The notes under the pieces were generated by a model. It was given only the letters and a program-made list of their open reading frames with translations. It searched no databases and was not told the origin of the DNA. The position numbers and the translations under genes were made by a program. Below are positions 1 to 12,767 of a stretch of DNA of 43,699 nucleotides, one piece after another (positions within the stretch are counted from its first letter, which is position 1; the number at the start of each line of letters is the position of its first letter). The DNA comes from Gonapodya sp. JEL0774 (taxonomy: Eukaryota), in the NCBI GenBank assembly GCA_027604505.1, contig JADIIX010000078.1:62001-105699 (forward strand). The letters run 5' to 3'.

Positions 1-254
1 CGTGAGTATACCTGGAGGGTGTCACATCTTGGAGATGTAGTTTCCGATTCTCTCAATGGAGTCGCGGGGCAAATAAGTCAAGCAGGCGAAGCCGTGCTCC
101 ACAGCTCCCAATCCCTAAAACCCTGGGGGGCGGTTGCTGCACATAACCCAGTTGTTTTAGAACCTAGTATCGAATTATCCCAGGTCCTTTGTTTTGCGGC
201 ACTCGTGTTCTCCGTGAAACCCCGCCACCAACATGCTCAACTATCCACTCGCAG

Positions 255-1252
255 GCCTTCTCCGCCCCTCTTGCACGCCGCACCGCCTTTGCCGCCAAAC
301 TCGTCCATCCTGACCGCGACACGTGCCACGCCTACGCAGTTTTTTCAACCCCTGAATCCGCCGCGAAGTGCGTCACCGAACTGAATGGGACGGTTTGGAT
401 GGAAAAGCATTTGAGGGTGGACATGGCTGGCAGGGATGGGGTGAGCATGGGGTCCGAGCCTAGTGAAGGATGAGGTGTTCGGGGGCTGCGAGATGTGTGG
501 TATTCTCCCTCCTATCAGTATCAGCCTTCACGCATTCACTGCCTGACACGTTTCGATCCTACCCCACTGTTCCTCCATCGCAGCCACCCGACACCAAACG
601 GTCTGTCTTTTTGGGAAACTTGCCCCTTGATTGTAAGGACGAATCCCTGTGGGAGCTGTTCAAGGACATGGAATCAGAGATTGAAGGTGTTAGGGTCGTT
701 AGAGACGCGAAGACCAATTTAGGGAGGGGCGTGGGGTGAGTTTGCGAATCTCGCTTGTGTTGCGTTGTGCCAAGGACACCGCGAGTACTCTCACCTAACC
801 ACTCTCACCATCATGCTTCATCGTGAAGCTACGTCACATTCAAATCCCGCGCCACCGCCACCCTTGCCCTGAAACACACAGGCTCCATCACCGGACGAGA
901 AATTCGCGTTGCGCGATGCAAACCGCCGAGGGACTCGGCTATGACGTCTGGCTCAAAGACGACCAATCTGCCTTTGGGTGCTGTTGCCAAACCGGGTGCG
1001 CACAGATCCGCGCGATCTGCGAGACCTGCTGGTGTAGATGGGGCAGTTAGACGCTTGGTGAAAATGAAGAAAATTGCAAAGCCGTTGTCAGCCGGTGAGG
1101 CGATGGAAGGGGAAAGGGCGAAGAGAGGGGATCGAGTGTCGGTTGGGGGAGTCAAGGCGAAGGCGAGAAAGAGGGCAGGAGGCCCGGCGGGGAAAGTTAT
1201 GGACAGTAGGAAAAGCAAGAAACAATCTTCCAAGGCTTCAAAAAAGAAATGA
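255..1252 (+). CDS. NOP12: Nucleolar RRM protein Nop12/RBM34, 3' part (gene begins left of window)
   Basis: Exons ~255-440, 584-~736, 829-1252 join to give two RRMs (AYAVF...NGTVWMEKHLRVD; RSVFLGNLP...VRVVRDAKTNLGRGVGYVTF...REIRVARC) and a basic tail with the EGERA motif typical of Nop12. Confidence 0.85.
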
Positions 1253-1383
1253 ATGAGATACGTGATTAACTCGGCTTCATCATACAGTTTACATGTCTAC
1301 AAAACCAAACCTCCAAATATGGTATATGTACCAAACTCGCTACGTTTTCCATGTAGTCTCAGTCTCTTATTGTAACAGGCTTG

Positions 1384-4300
1384 TTATCGATTAACCCTTG
1401 CGAAAGAAGGGCGCGGTGACATGGGTGGCCCCGCGCCAGAGGCCCCTCTCACATCTCCCACTCCACTGACACCCGCTAAATCTCCCAACAGCGCATCAAT
1501 CTTTTGTGTTGTTTGAGCCGAAATCTGCGCGCCACCTAGATCTCCCTGTGGACTCGTGAGACCGGCAGAGGGGGCGCTCTCCCTGTAGCCTTGTCCTTGG
1601 CTGTGGGGTTTCGGCGTGGAGGATAGCGTGGGAACAGGGCCCTCCCGTTCGTCGGCGGCAGCGGCGAGCCGAGGGGTGACGGACCCAAGTGGGGATGGGG
1701 ACGAAGGACGGTAAGAGCTGCCGCCCTCGTGTGTCGATCGCGGACGGGTTGTGTTTGAGGATGGGTTCTGTATTTTCGGGATAGTAAGACGAGCGTCAGA
1801 TGTGATTCGCGCACTCCATCTCAATTTTCTTGCAATGTTTGTGCTGATTGAACGCACCTGCCCCGTCCTATCCTGTCCTCGTTGCGGCTGAGATGAGGAA
1901 GCTCTCGCGGAGGTTGCTCCGCCGTTCTGCTTCTGATATAAGTTTACGTAGGTGGAAGGAATCCAGCCTTTGGGTTTCATGTGTGGGGAACAACCATGCA
2001 AGTTAGTTGCTTCCAAGCAAAGAAATCCTCATGGACAGAGATGAACCTTTGACAGAACCCATCACACCCAAATACCACGCTCCATGTTTTCGCACAACAT
2101 CCACCCTATCTCCAATTTTAATACTCAGTTCGTTGTTGGCACGCGCGTTGTAATCGAAGGTGGCTATTGCGTACGTTCCTTTCGGCACCTCGTCGTCAGT
2201 CGAGCGGGAGCTTCCCCCACCAGGTTGCGACGTTGACGAGGAGTTCGAGGAGCCTTGTGCGCTCGTCGCAGAGGGTGAGCTACCAGCAGCGGTAATGAAT
2301 GATCCCTGGCTCACAATTGCGGGGCTTCCAGCTCCAGCGCCAAACACTCCAACTGGTACCCAACCAACACCGATAGTACCTTCCACATACCACCAGCCCG
2401 CTGGATCCTTCGAGAGAACCCGCACTCGCTCATTGGCTCTTACGGCGAGGTCACCGTCTTTCTGTGGAACATAACCGTGTAATACAATAGCATCTGTTGG
2501 CGCCTGCTGTCGTCGGAGGAGAAAGGTTGGAGTTGACTCAGATATTACGGTGGGGGCTGCTGGGATGGGTACAAGACTTAAAGGCCGTTCGTGCAGAAGA
2601 ATTGTCCGCTCTATGATTGAGTGCGTTTAGTCACAGAGAGAAACAGAGAGTGACAGGTAGACAATATAATCAGGTGCGTGTGACGCAACGGGAGTCAAGT
2701 GGGATCCGATGCAACAGACAACTTACCCGTCCCCTGAGAAAGAACGCTAAGCACATACTTCTGCCCATCGTCTCTGATTCTGAAACGTTTGAGTATGCGG
2801 TCTACTACACCGGCCGTTGTTTCCGAGGGCAAGCACTTCATATATTTCTGCTGCTCTCCGTCTCTCTGAAGGAAATGTCCTACCACTCGTACGATTACCG
2901 ACTCAGATGAAGTGGTGGGGGATGAAGGACCGGGTGACACAAGAGTCGGGTTTCCAGCAACAGCTGACCACATTGCGTTGGAGTTGCTTGACGCAGCAGC
3001 CGCGTTAGCTGAGCCCGCGGTCGGTGTGTTGGGCGACACAGAGGTACCGTTGGTGATCTGTTCTCCTTCATCCCCTTTGACGGACTTCGCGGAGTTCACG
3101 CCTCCACTATGTGCGGAGTGATTCGAAGAAATACTATTGTAGTCGCCGGATGCGATGGAGAACGGGGCAGGGCCGGATGAATTGGAGTGAATTGAGTAAG
3201 GGGTTGGTAGAGACGGATTGGCAATATGCGCTCGGAGTATCTTTTTTGAGTATTTTCAGCCAACGGTTTTTGAATGTGGTAGATTTCAAGGGAGAAACAC
3301 GAAATGGGTCGTTCGTCAATCGTCTGTTCTGCAGTGTCAACGACTTACCTCCACATCTCGTGCAAGGCTTTGCACCGGCCCTACAGCTTCCCGCAACGCT
3401 GCTAGTTCTCGGTTGATGCGAGATATTTCATTCCATAATTCGATAAGGCCTGGTGCGACCTGATTTGTGCCACCATCGTCTGGCAGGAATGATCAGAACT
3501 CAGAAAGCTTGGAAGTGAACTGAAAAGTCGACGAAAGTTTGGCACTTTGAACTCACGTCGCGCACTGTAAGTCTGGCCGTGTGGGTACACGATACGCTTA
3601 TCCTTATCCGCGGTCGGTGTGACTGGAGAATTGGAAGCGGATGGGGATACCGGGGGGTGGAAGGGAGGAGCAGGGGAAGAGGCAGGAAGGGCTTGTTGCA
3701 AAACGAAACACAATTGAGTTGGGTGTCAATTGAGCTTGAACGCAACATCTCATCTAGCGTTCCCACTCTGCCAAATAGTCAAAATAAGTGACCAAGCGGC
3801 TGATCGTCCAACCGCAGAATTCCAACGCAAGCCCCCAATAGCTAGCGCGATATTCATTCTATTTGGTCTGGATGCACGGGGCATCTCTCAAAGGAACGGC
3901 GGTTGTGTCTCCATTGTGAGAGTACAGTTCGGCTGCAGAATTGCAACTACCACCACACACACTCTTGTCAGATTTGCACGCTGGACAACACCACGCTAGA
4001 GCGTGTACCTCTTTTCCCTGTCCCTGGAAACAGAGTGATTTCATTGACTGTCACTCTGTGCAGTGCTGCTGCATGTGATTGTCGATGCCCATCTCAATCG
4101 CACTTTCAACGATGAATCGAAAGATTCGTACATGGAATGCTTTTCCAGTATGAGACTTACATGGTGGCACAAAATCGAACTCCTCAAATTGCAGTCCTTG
4201 TCTGATTTTCATGTCATATACTGCCCGTAGAATGGCAAGTCTATGACCAACCGATAGCACGCCAAGCTCCTTGAGCATATCGTGGTCCGCATGTGCAAGA

Positions 4301-4488
4301 ACGTCTCCAGAAATTTCATTTTCTGGAAGCAGATGGAAGGGAACAGAGTTTGCTTGAATTGCAGGGGGTGTGCAGAATAGCGCTTCACCTTCGAACGATT
4401 GCGGGTACGCTCCGTTCAAGTTCATCGTTCGAATCCATGCTCCAACTTGCTCGGGTGTCCAGTCCGGAAGTTGACTATGGGAATCCAT
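1384..4488 (-). CDS. STE50: Ste50/Ubc2-type MAPK adaptor: SAM, RA and two SH3 domains (multi-exon)
   Basis: N-terminal SAM (WTPEQVGAWI...ENEISGDVL...LKELGVLSVGHRLAILRAVY), RA-like domain (VRVVGHFL...TTAGVVDRILKRFRI...KYVL), SH3s (YVPQKDGDLAV...GWW...GWVP; ATFDYNARANNELSIKIGD...GWIPSTYV). Confidence 0.8.
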
Positions 4489-4591
4489 GAGAAGGGATTG
4501 GGGCGGATTGATATCCCAATAAAATACTCCTTCTTCCCTTCCCGCTCAGGGTTCAGCGCTGCACTATCAAACTGAAATTTACCTAATACAA

Positions 4592-7500
4592 CTAGATTTG
4601 TGGCATGTCCCCAGCTACCTTTACAAGCTTTCCCCACTCCTCTTCGGCATTCTGCGTCGTCCGGTGTCTGTACTCGGCCAAATGCTGATGTGCCAGCGCA
4701 AGTTGCGCTTTCTGCCTATGAAAGAAACGGAGTTCCGCGTAGGTGCAGAGCCGTATAAAGGCAGTTCTGCGCAATTGGAGATCAATTGATTTATCATCCT
4801 GCAATAAGGGAATTCTGGGTCGAGCCGAGCACAAGCTGTTGAGATCTTGTTGGTACAGTATGCAGCCTCACCTGCTCAATCACAGCGTGTACCCTCTCCA
4901 GATCCTTTTGTGGAGCCCCGTCCTGCACCATCTTGTCCATTCTCGCGTGGTTTTGCTGAACTTGCCGTCGAAGCTTGTCCACTGTCATGGCGGAAAGAGC
5001 ACGCTCTCGACGTTGAAGAAGGTCCTAGTTACAGGTATCGGGAAAGAGAGTCTCTGTGTCAATGGCAGCACCCATCACTTCCACAAATAGAACGCACATC
5101 CATGGCCTCAACCAGCTCTTTGTAAGTCCTCAGCTCTTCTGCGACTGTCTCATCCAGCAACCTCCCCGCGTCCGTGGCGATTCTCGATGCTCCCTCCATC
5201 CCCTCTGCGAATTCATCCAGACCCCGGTTCAAGGAGGGGCATGTGTAGCAGTCAGCGTCAATACAGTCCGAGTGATGAGTGGCCAATCGAACGGTGGATG
5301 CGTAGAGATTATATGCCGCGTTGGTTTCTAAGAGCACGTGAATTGACCAACACCAGTATTACGCAATTAGACTCTAATGACTGTTGGAATCGTTATTTAC
5401 AGTACCAACCTTCCTCCCTCTTCGCCATTCCCTCCACAACCGCCACCATTCCCGTATATGCTTCGATCAGCGCGGGCATCGCTGCACGCACCTTGGCGGC
5501 AACTTGGTCCACATTCGGCGGGACTGATGACAATTCTTGATCATCGGGGGGATGCAATGCGAATTCATCATCGAGGCCAGTTGCAGGAGGCAGAAATCGA
5601 CGTTTATGTGGAAGTAGGTCCTGGAGGGTGATGAAGCAGAATACGCCAAAGGGTCAACAGGAGTGATAAATTTGCAAACAGCCCTCTCAAAAAAGTAATG
5701 CCATATCTCGCTAGTCAGTTGCAACTCACTCCAGCCTCGCCCAAAAATACCTGTACAGCTTCTTCCCTCCTCATTGCCGGATGATTTGCGACAAAGTTGG
5801 ACCACCGAGCCAGCCCTCTGCGCCTGTGCTCCAAAAAAGCGTCATCGACTAAGTTCAAGATCGCTGGTGTGAGGATTCTGCGGTAAGACGAGGCGCAAGG
5901 TGCAGGTGGTGGGGAAGCTTACCAGCTACTCGTTTGGGTGGGAGCTGGGAGTAAAGGGAATGGTGAGTTGCAAATTCCGCAAACGACAGAAAGCATAAAA
6001 AAAAAGGACACTGACTTGTGTGAGGATTCGCATTGGGTATCTACGTTGTAAGACGTCGTGGAGCCATGTGAAGTCAGAATAACGGCGAATAACGGGAGTG
6101 CGATAGGTCTGGCGACAGTATGAGGGATGATAGTGGAAGTCCGATTGGTGAGTGACCTCAATCACCAACCACCCACTGCCCCAGCCTCCATATTGCGCAG
6201 GATACCTACCGCACTTTGAACCACATAATTGACATGCTTGAACACCACTCCACCCCTTTCGGACGCAACCCTCACGACAACTCGGTCGGCGGGCATTCGC
6301 TCCCCTGCCACGGACGGTGGTATGTCAAATGGCGTGAAGGATGAGGATTTGAAGGCAGCGTTTCCATCAGGTGGGGTGGATGAATTGGAAGAGGACGGAC
6401 GTGGAATGGGAGCAGTGGAAGTTGGAGTAGAGGAGGGAAAGGAGGACGTTGGAGACGATAGAGTGTTGGAGCTTGGTCCGTTAGCGCTGGTAGAAGGCAG
6501 TGTCCAAGGGTCGCCGGCGGGGAGAGTAGAACGGTGAGTGATGGCATTGGGCGATGACGATGGAAGTGAAGAGGATGCGGGGTTCTCGTCAGCTGGGGAG
6601 GGGGCGCGGGAAGTTGATGAGGGTCCGGAAGTACGCCAAGGGGAATCAGAAAACTGCTGCGACGACGGAACCGGTGGGTTGGGGGAGGCAGAGCGAGGAG
6701 GGAGCGAAGTTGCCCCAGAGACAGTGGGCTGGGAGTGTGAAGGAGGCGCGCCCCAAGGGTCTTGACCAGTCGAGAGGCGGGGCGGTGGTGTTGAGAAGGA
6801 AGCTGGACGTGTTAGCGGAGCCAGAGAGGGGTGTAGCAAAGATGGAGTTGGCGGTTGGATGAAAAAAGTCAAGCAGGACGTCGGGTGGAACCCCTTCCCT
6901 GTCTTTCCTCTTTCGGCCTCATTGGGTGACCGTCATAAATCTTCCAATTTCTCCATCCATCTCATGTCCCATTTTGAGTTTTGATTCTGGGATCTCAAGA
7001 ACAGCTTGCGCAATCCCACTTACCAGAGTTTAACATCGAGGGTTGGGAGTAAGTTGACGCAAGAGACGACCAAGGGTCATCGGTCGAAGTAGATGGAGCT
7101 GCTGGGCGGGGAGGTGCAGCAGCAGGAGGTGGGGGCGGGGAGCGAGCGCGACGATTGTAAAGTACGGAGACGGTGGGGTCTGGAATAACGAAGCCCGAAG
7201 TAGTTAGGGCAGATTTGTGTGGTGAGAGTACAGGTATGAATGAAAAGTGCGTGAAATTAGCAAGCTCACCTTGTTCCTCCGCATCCCACCTGAGAGATAA
7301 ATCGAGTTTCCATGTTGATACAGCGCAGCAACGGTAGTTGGTGACGGCAACAGTAATATGAATGAGACGAAGTGAACCGATTTGCGGTACCATGTGGTTA
7401 CATACGGGTTCTCGACAAGCTGACTCTTCACTCTTGCTTTTTAAGGGGCACACCCACAAAAACGCCGGTTGAGAGCAGCGTCAAGTGGACGACGGGACAG

Positions 7501-7793
7501 ATTATGAGACGTGCGCGGGTCCGAGCAGTGGATATAATTGAAGTTCGGAGAACGGTGTGGAGTGTGTTGACGTTTCTCTACAAACTTGACCTCAGATCCC
7601 GCCTTAGCACTCACACGCCGCCATGATCGACGCGGACAGTGACGCGGCGGCCGCTGCATTGCTCAACGGGTCATCGGGCTCTGGGAACCTGTCGTCTTCG
7701 TCCTTAATGACCAGCGTGGAAACGCATTCGCTCAATCGGGACTAATGACCAGCACAAAGCGCACAAAAAACACGGAGTACTTACCGAAGACAT
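4592..7793 (-). CDS. MVP1: Sorting nexin Mvp1/SNX8 (PX-BAR) with long S/P-rich N-terminus
   Basis: PX motifs GGVVFKHVNYVV and VIRRYSDFTWLHDVLQRRYPMR; helical BAR-like C-terminus (RRTAFIRLCTYAELRFFH). Start inferred from ATG TCT TCG|gtaagt at 7793 spliced to DEDDRFPEPDDPL. Confidence 0.85.
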
Positions 7794-8110
7794 GGTAATT
7801 GCGCTCGATCTCCAAAGCGACAAGGCTTGCAGAGGTTTGAGTTCCCTGTTCCCCGATAACGTGGGCACGACTGGTTGATCTACAACAGCTGGTGCTGCCC
7901 CAAACGAAAGACCTGCAACTCTAGTAATTGCACCATTACATTTCCTTCTTCACCAGTATCAAAATCACATTATAATCCCATCCCTATGCACGGCTGTTTC
8001 TTTTCAATTGACGTGTGTGAGCCAGAGGGCACAACTCCACAGTAAAACTCTTGTTGCTCTGCATGGTGTCATGTTGCACTATACACACAGTGCAACAACT
8101 TCAAACATCT

Positions 8111-9313
8111 ATGTCTGGCTCGCCAGGCGAAAGCTCTTTGAAACGAGGAACGGGGCCCTCCTCGTCCATAGGAGCACTAATCGCGAAGCTTGACAAGAAG
8201 CAGACGCAGACTCAGCCAAAAAACCGGGTGATTCTCGATGACAATCGGGAAGCTGAGGACTTGCCATCGAAGTCAATTGAGGGGACAGTCCAGCACGTGA
8301 GCTCAAGGGCCGTGCCGTCAATCTTTCCGTCGTACGGCTTGCGACACTCGACTAATCCTGCAAATCGAGGTTGATGGGGGCAATCTTTCAGACAGGAAAC
8401 GGAAATCTCGATTCGACATCCCAATTTCTACAGATGCTTCGTCCAACAGCATCTCAGCTGCTGAAGCATTAGCAAAGGCCCAGGCCATCGCTCGAAAGTT
8501 TGCAACTCCAACACCGAAGCTTGGTTCTGTAACCGCAACTGAGCCCAATCCAACTGCCACCAAGGCCGATACTGGAGGTGGAAACCTGAAGCTTTACACC
8601 CGCTATTCCACAGTCTATCAGCCTGGTATGGTTCGAGTGTATGGTGAGGTATGGTCCTGGCCTGAAGATGAGATTGTTGGTGAAGAGGGCACCGTGGAGC
8701 ACAAGAGGAGAAAGGAGGAAATGGAGCGGACGTCGAGTCTCGCGAGATCACTGACTGAGCGTGGCGAAGCTCTTCATGAGCACCGGTCTCACCTCGGTGG
8801 CTACCTACCCCCTGAAGAGCTCGCACGTTTTGAGGCCATGGTCCATGAAGTCAAGGCTCGTCGCGCTAGCAGCACTGAGGCTAACAGGATGAAAGAATAT
8901 ATTGGGGATAAGAGTCTCAGCGAGGATAGTGTTGGGCTCAGATTGCCGGGAACTGGATTGGGTTGGGAAGGACAGGGGAATGGATCCGCGAAAGATCTGT
9001 GAGTGGTGTGGTCCCAAACCTTTGGGCCTACTGTATTCTGATATCTTCGCAACCTACTTGCATGCCGTTTATTCCCCTTCACATAACGTTAGAATTGGTC
9101 AATCTCCTCGGGGGAATTCTCGCGGAGAACGGCCCGACGAGGTAACAGAAGAGGATGATGACTTTGATCTGTACAGGAAAAGAATGATGCTGTCGTACAG
9201 ATATCGACCAAACCCTTTCAAGTGAGTGTTTAACATGCAATTCACACGTTCTCTCCGGTTTTCCCATAACTAAGGTCTTTTCCGCAAGCAATCCACGCCG
9301 TTCATATTACTGA
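8111..9313 (+). CDS. SUGP1: SUGP1 (splicing factor 4)-like protein, no SURP domain seen, degenerate G-patch
   Basis: GTVEHKRRKEEMERT, HLGGYLPPEELARF and terminal [26 protein letters not shown] (after splicing) match the characteristic SUGP1 C-terminus. Confidence 0.85.
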
Positions 9314-9395
9314 TCCCACATTCGTAATGATGATAATGTAGATAGATCAGTTTTCCGTTCCTAATCAAAAAAAAATTCCTCCAGCCCAATCCGCA

Positions 9396-12300
9396 TCAGC
9401 CTCGCGAATCCGCCTGAATTCGGAAGAGACCTTCCCGTATAGCCACATCAGGAATCCTTGCTAGCGACCCGTCGTTCTGTTGGATCACAACCTAGAAAAA
9501 GAAATGTCAGTACACTTCTGTGCACGACAAACATCTGCTTGTCAGAACCTACCCCTGACTCGTTTTGACTCAGAAGCTTACCACTGAACGAATTTCCAGT
9601 GCATATATCATGAACTTGAACCCATTTCTCACCTCCCATTCCAGCCAGTCCTGGGGATCGCGGAGGTGGTGTTCCGCCACTACGAACAGGAACCCCAGGG
9701 CCGTGTGCACTCGCCCCGGATGGCGTGGAAACGCGCGAGTGCGCTTCTTGGGGGATACCGAGGTGCTGAGTACCCATCATATTGTGCATTGGCGCAAGGT
9801 GATGAGGAGAAGGCGCCGGCATGGACAGGGTCATCGGTGGCTGCATAGGATGAGGCAGTGTGTGTGAATGCGGTGCCTGTTGAGATGGGGTGCCATGATG
9901 GATGATGTTTTGGTGCAGGGAGGGTGGTTGAGAAGGGTGATGTCCCATAAGTGGCAGACCCTGGGCAATCGGAAGAGTGGAAGACTTTGGTCGATGAGTG
10001 GAGGTCTTTTGCATCTGGAGGTGGCAGGAACGGGGAGCATAGTTTCAGTAACACCTCGAAACACAGAATCACTGCCAGCTCACCCTTGGATCCACATCCA
10101 TTGGCATTCCAGGACCAGGATGGCCGACTCCTGGAGGGCCATACTGGGTTCCCCGATGTGAGTCTAACAGTCCCGAAACCTGTTGAGGGGGACCGACGAG
10201 ACTGTGCGGGTATCCAGACATTCCCGATTGTGCTTGCTGCACAAGTGACTGTGTTTGAATAGAAGGACCAGATTGTGGGCGTTGTGTTAGCAACTGAGAA
10301 GGGTTTGTAGATCCGGCAGGAAGGGTTGATTGTGCAATTGCTGCGCCAATAGTTCCTTGAGCAGGGATGCCCACAGACGAGGGTTGGAGGGGAGAAGGGA
10401 GAGTGGTGGGTGATACAGCCGTCGGGTATGTAGGCGATGTTTTCGAAGATTTAGAAGGTTTAGAGCCGGCGGGGAGTTTCGCAATCTAGGAGTCAGCGAA
10501 AGCGTTACTGATAAAGAGGTCTTCGTGTGGACGAGGACGGTTAACAAACCCCGAGCTTGTCCCAGTCCTCCATCATCTCATTTTTCGAAAGGCCCATTAT
10601 GAGTGAAGCTGGGAAACCTTGCCTGTCCTTTTGTATCTTCGAGAGATCGGAAGCCTCTGTTCGGTGCAACTTTCTTCGCTTTGCAAGAACAGATCGGTCA
10701 GGGGGATCATGCGAAACTAATGGTCCAAAATGTGAGTACCCAAGTTCGACTATAACGTTCAGTACCCGGATTAAGGGGATTACAAACCTCCCCACAAAGC
10801 CTCGTCCATTCTACGGCTTTCCTCTGCAGCCTTCCATCGCTTGGCCACAGCCTCTTCAGATAAGCGGTCACGGAGATCTCTCCTTAACGCCTGGATCAAT
10901 CATACTCAGCGATAGCTCCGCACAAGCCGACATGAATCCCGAGCATACCTTGTAATGTCCTTGCGCGCGACGTCGTCGATCCTTCCACACGACATCAACG
11001 TATTTGAGACTGCGTTCCTTCCATGCCGCAAGTCGCGCAAGCTGTTGGTCTCTGCGAGTCTCCATATCGCGAAGTCGTTGAGTGATTTCTGGGTGCGTTC
11101 CTGCAATTGTTTGAGTGAGAATGGGCGTACATTAGGTTGATTGCGGAAGCTTGTGGAACAAACCATCGTGAACCTTAGCCTCTTCGGCCTCAATTGCCTG
11201 CATTTTTTCTTTGTAAAGCCTAGAAGTGAATCGAGGACGGAAAGGTCAATTCGAAGATCTGAGCTGCAGAATCCGCTGCAACCAATAATGTCCGTATCAA
11301 CAGTGTGAATTAAGCACCCACTTTTCCCTCAGTTTCGCAAATACAACTTCAATATCTGTCATCAACTGGAGAGCTCGCTTGCGCTTCCCTTCAAACTCTT
11401 CTCCTGCAACAGAGAAAAATATAATTTCAGATTGATAAAGCGGTGGCATAAAGGATGCAGCAACAGTGTGCATAAGTTAAAGTGTGCTGTAATTGTGCTG
11501 CCCGTTTGAGTTAGGCCATTTGTTCCGGCATCACGCCAAGTACGTAGTCCCTCCAAATGAGCCAACCTTTATTCCTCAAAATGTAATTTATCAAGGGATG
11601 CAAAATCAAGTTTACAGTACTCACCGAGGGCAACCTCACCAGCAAGGGCGATTTCACCTGCAAGATCGATTTTCCCTCCTAGAACCAAATCTTCCTCTAT
11701 TAAACCCATCTTTTGGACATCTTGGTCTGCATCATCGTCGGGTTCCACGGATGCCATATCAGTGTCTGGTCCGAGGAAGGTGTTATCTTCAGAGTCGTCG
11801 ACTCCAAAGCCAGGCGCAACGGAGCCTGTTTCGGGTTCCTCGTCATCATCAGGTTCGCCCTCATCGTGTCCCCTTTGCTCTAGTCTGGAAGGATCGTCCA
11901 TGTCATTGTCTACTTCGCTCTCTTCCTGGTCGGATCCCGATGGCTCAAATGCCTGTTCATCGACTCGCGTCCGCTGCGATGCCGGCCCTCGATGAATTGA
12001 GAGACGACTATCTAGTGTCTGTGACTGTTTGGAAGGGGAAAGTTGTTGACGGGGCATGCGGTGTGAGTGGGACCGTCCGAGCCTGTGTCTACCAGCTCCA
12101 GCAGACGATTCGCCGTCGTCAGAAGCATCGCCCCCATCGCTGCCGTCGATAACACCAGAAGCGTCCAAATTTTCTGGATCAGAGGCCACGTCCTCAGCTC
12201 CGTCAACGTCCGAGGCCTCACTCGCGTCCGAATCCTCCTGGGAAGGCGACAAGTGCCCGTGTGTTCCACCTGTCTCGGGTAATTCCTCCTCCTCATGTCC

Positions 12301-12474
12301 GTCCTCAAGGAAAGACGAATCGCCCTCTCGATCCGAGCCGGCGTCCGATTCCGATTCCTCGTTTTCGTTAGCGGTGGAACCCATGTTTGTGTCCTCCTCC
12401 TCCTCTTCGCCGCTGCTGCTGTTTCCTGTGTCCTCTGTTTCTACAGGAGAGCTTTCTCTCGGCGCTTTCAGCAT
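9396..12474 (-). CDS. Sds3-like family (Dep1/SUDS3/BRMS1) subunit of the Sin3/Rpd3L HDAC complex
   Basis: Acidic N-terminus; spliced coiled coil KRKRALQLMTDIEVVFAKLREKLYKEKMQAIEAEEAKVHDGTHPE; Dep1-like GFPASLIMGLSKNEMMEDW; low-complexity P/H/Q linker; small C-terminal beta domain. Start codon uncertain. Confidence 0.75.
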
Positions 12475-12767
12475 TGGCAAGTTTGCAACTTCCGTCCAAT
12501 GAAGCGTCTAAAGTTCCTATGTCTCACTGGCACTTTCCCAACAAAATGACCTTTTTTTTTTGAAAACTTCACCTCTACACTTCATATCCGAACCACTTAG
12601 AGTTCTTTGCTTCTAATATCCCCTTGTCTTGTCCAGTAAAACTACACCTGCCGACTTAAAGCAGTATTGCTACCGCCCAATAGGGCATGAGAGGATAACA
12701 TACGAATATTTCATACCGGTGACGCTGTGCTCACACAATACACCAAATATATCTACACATACTGACG

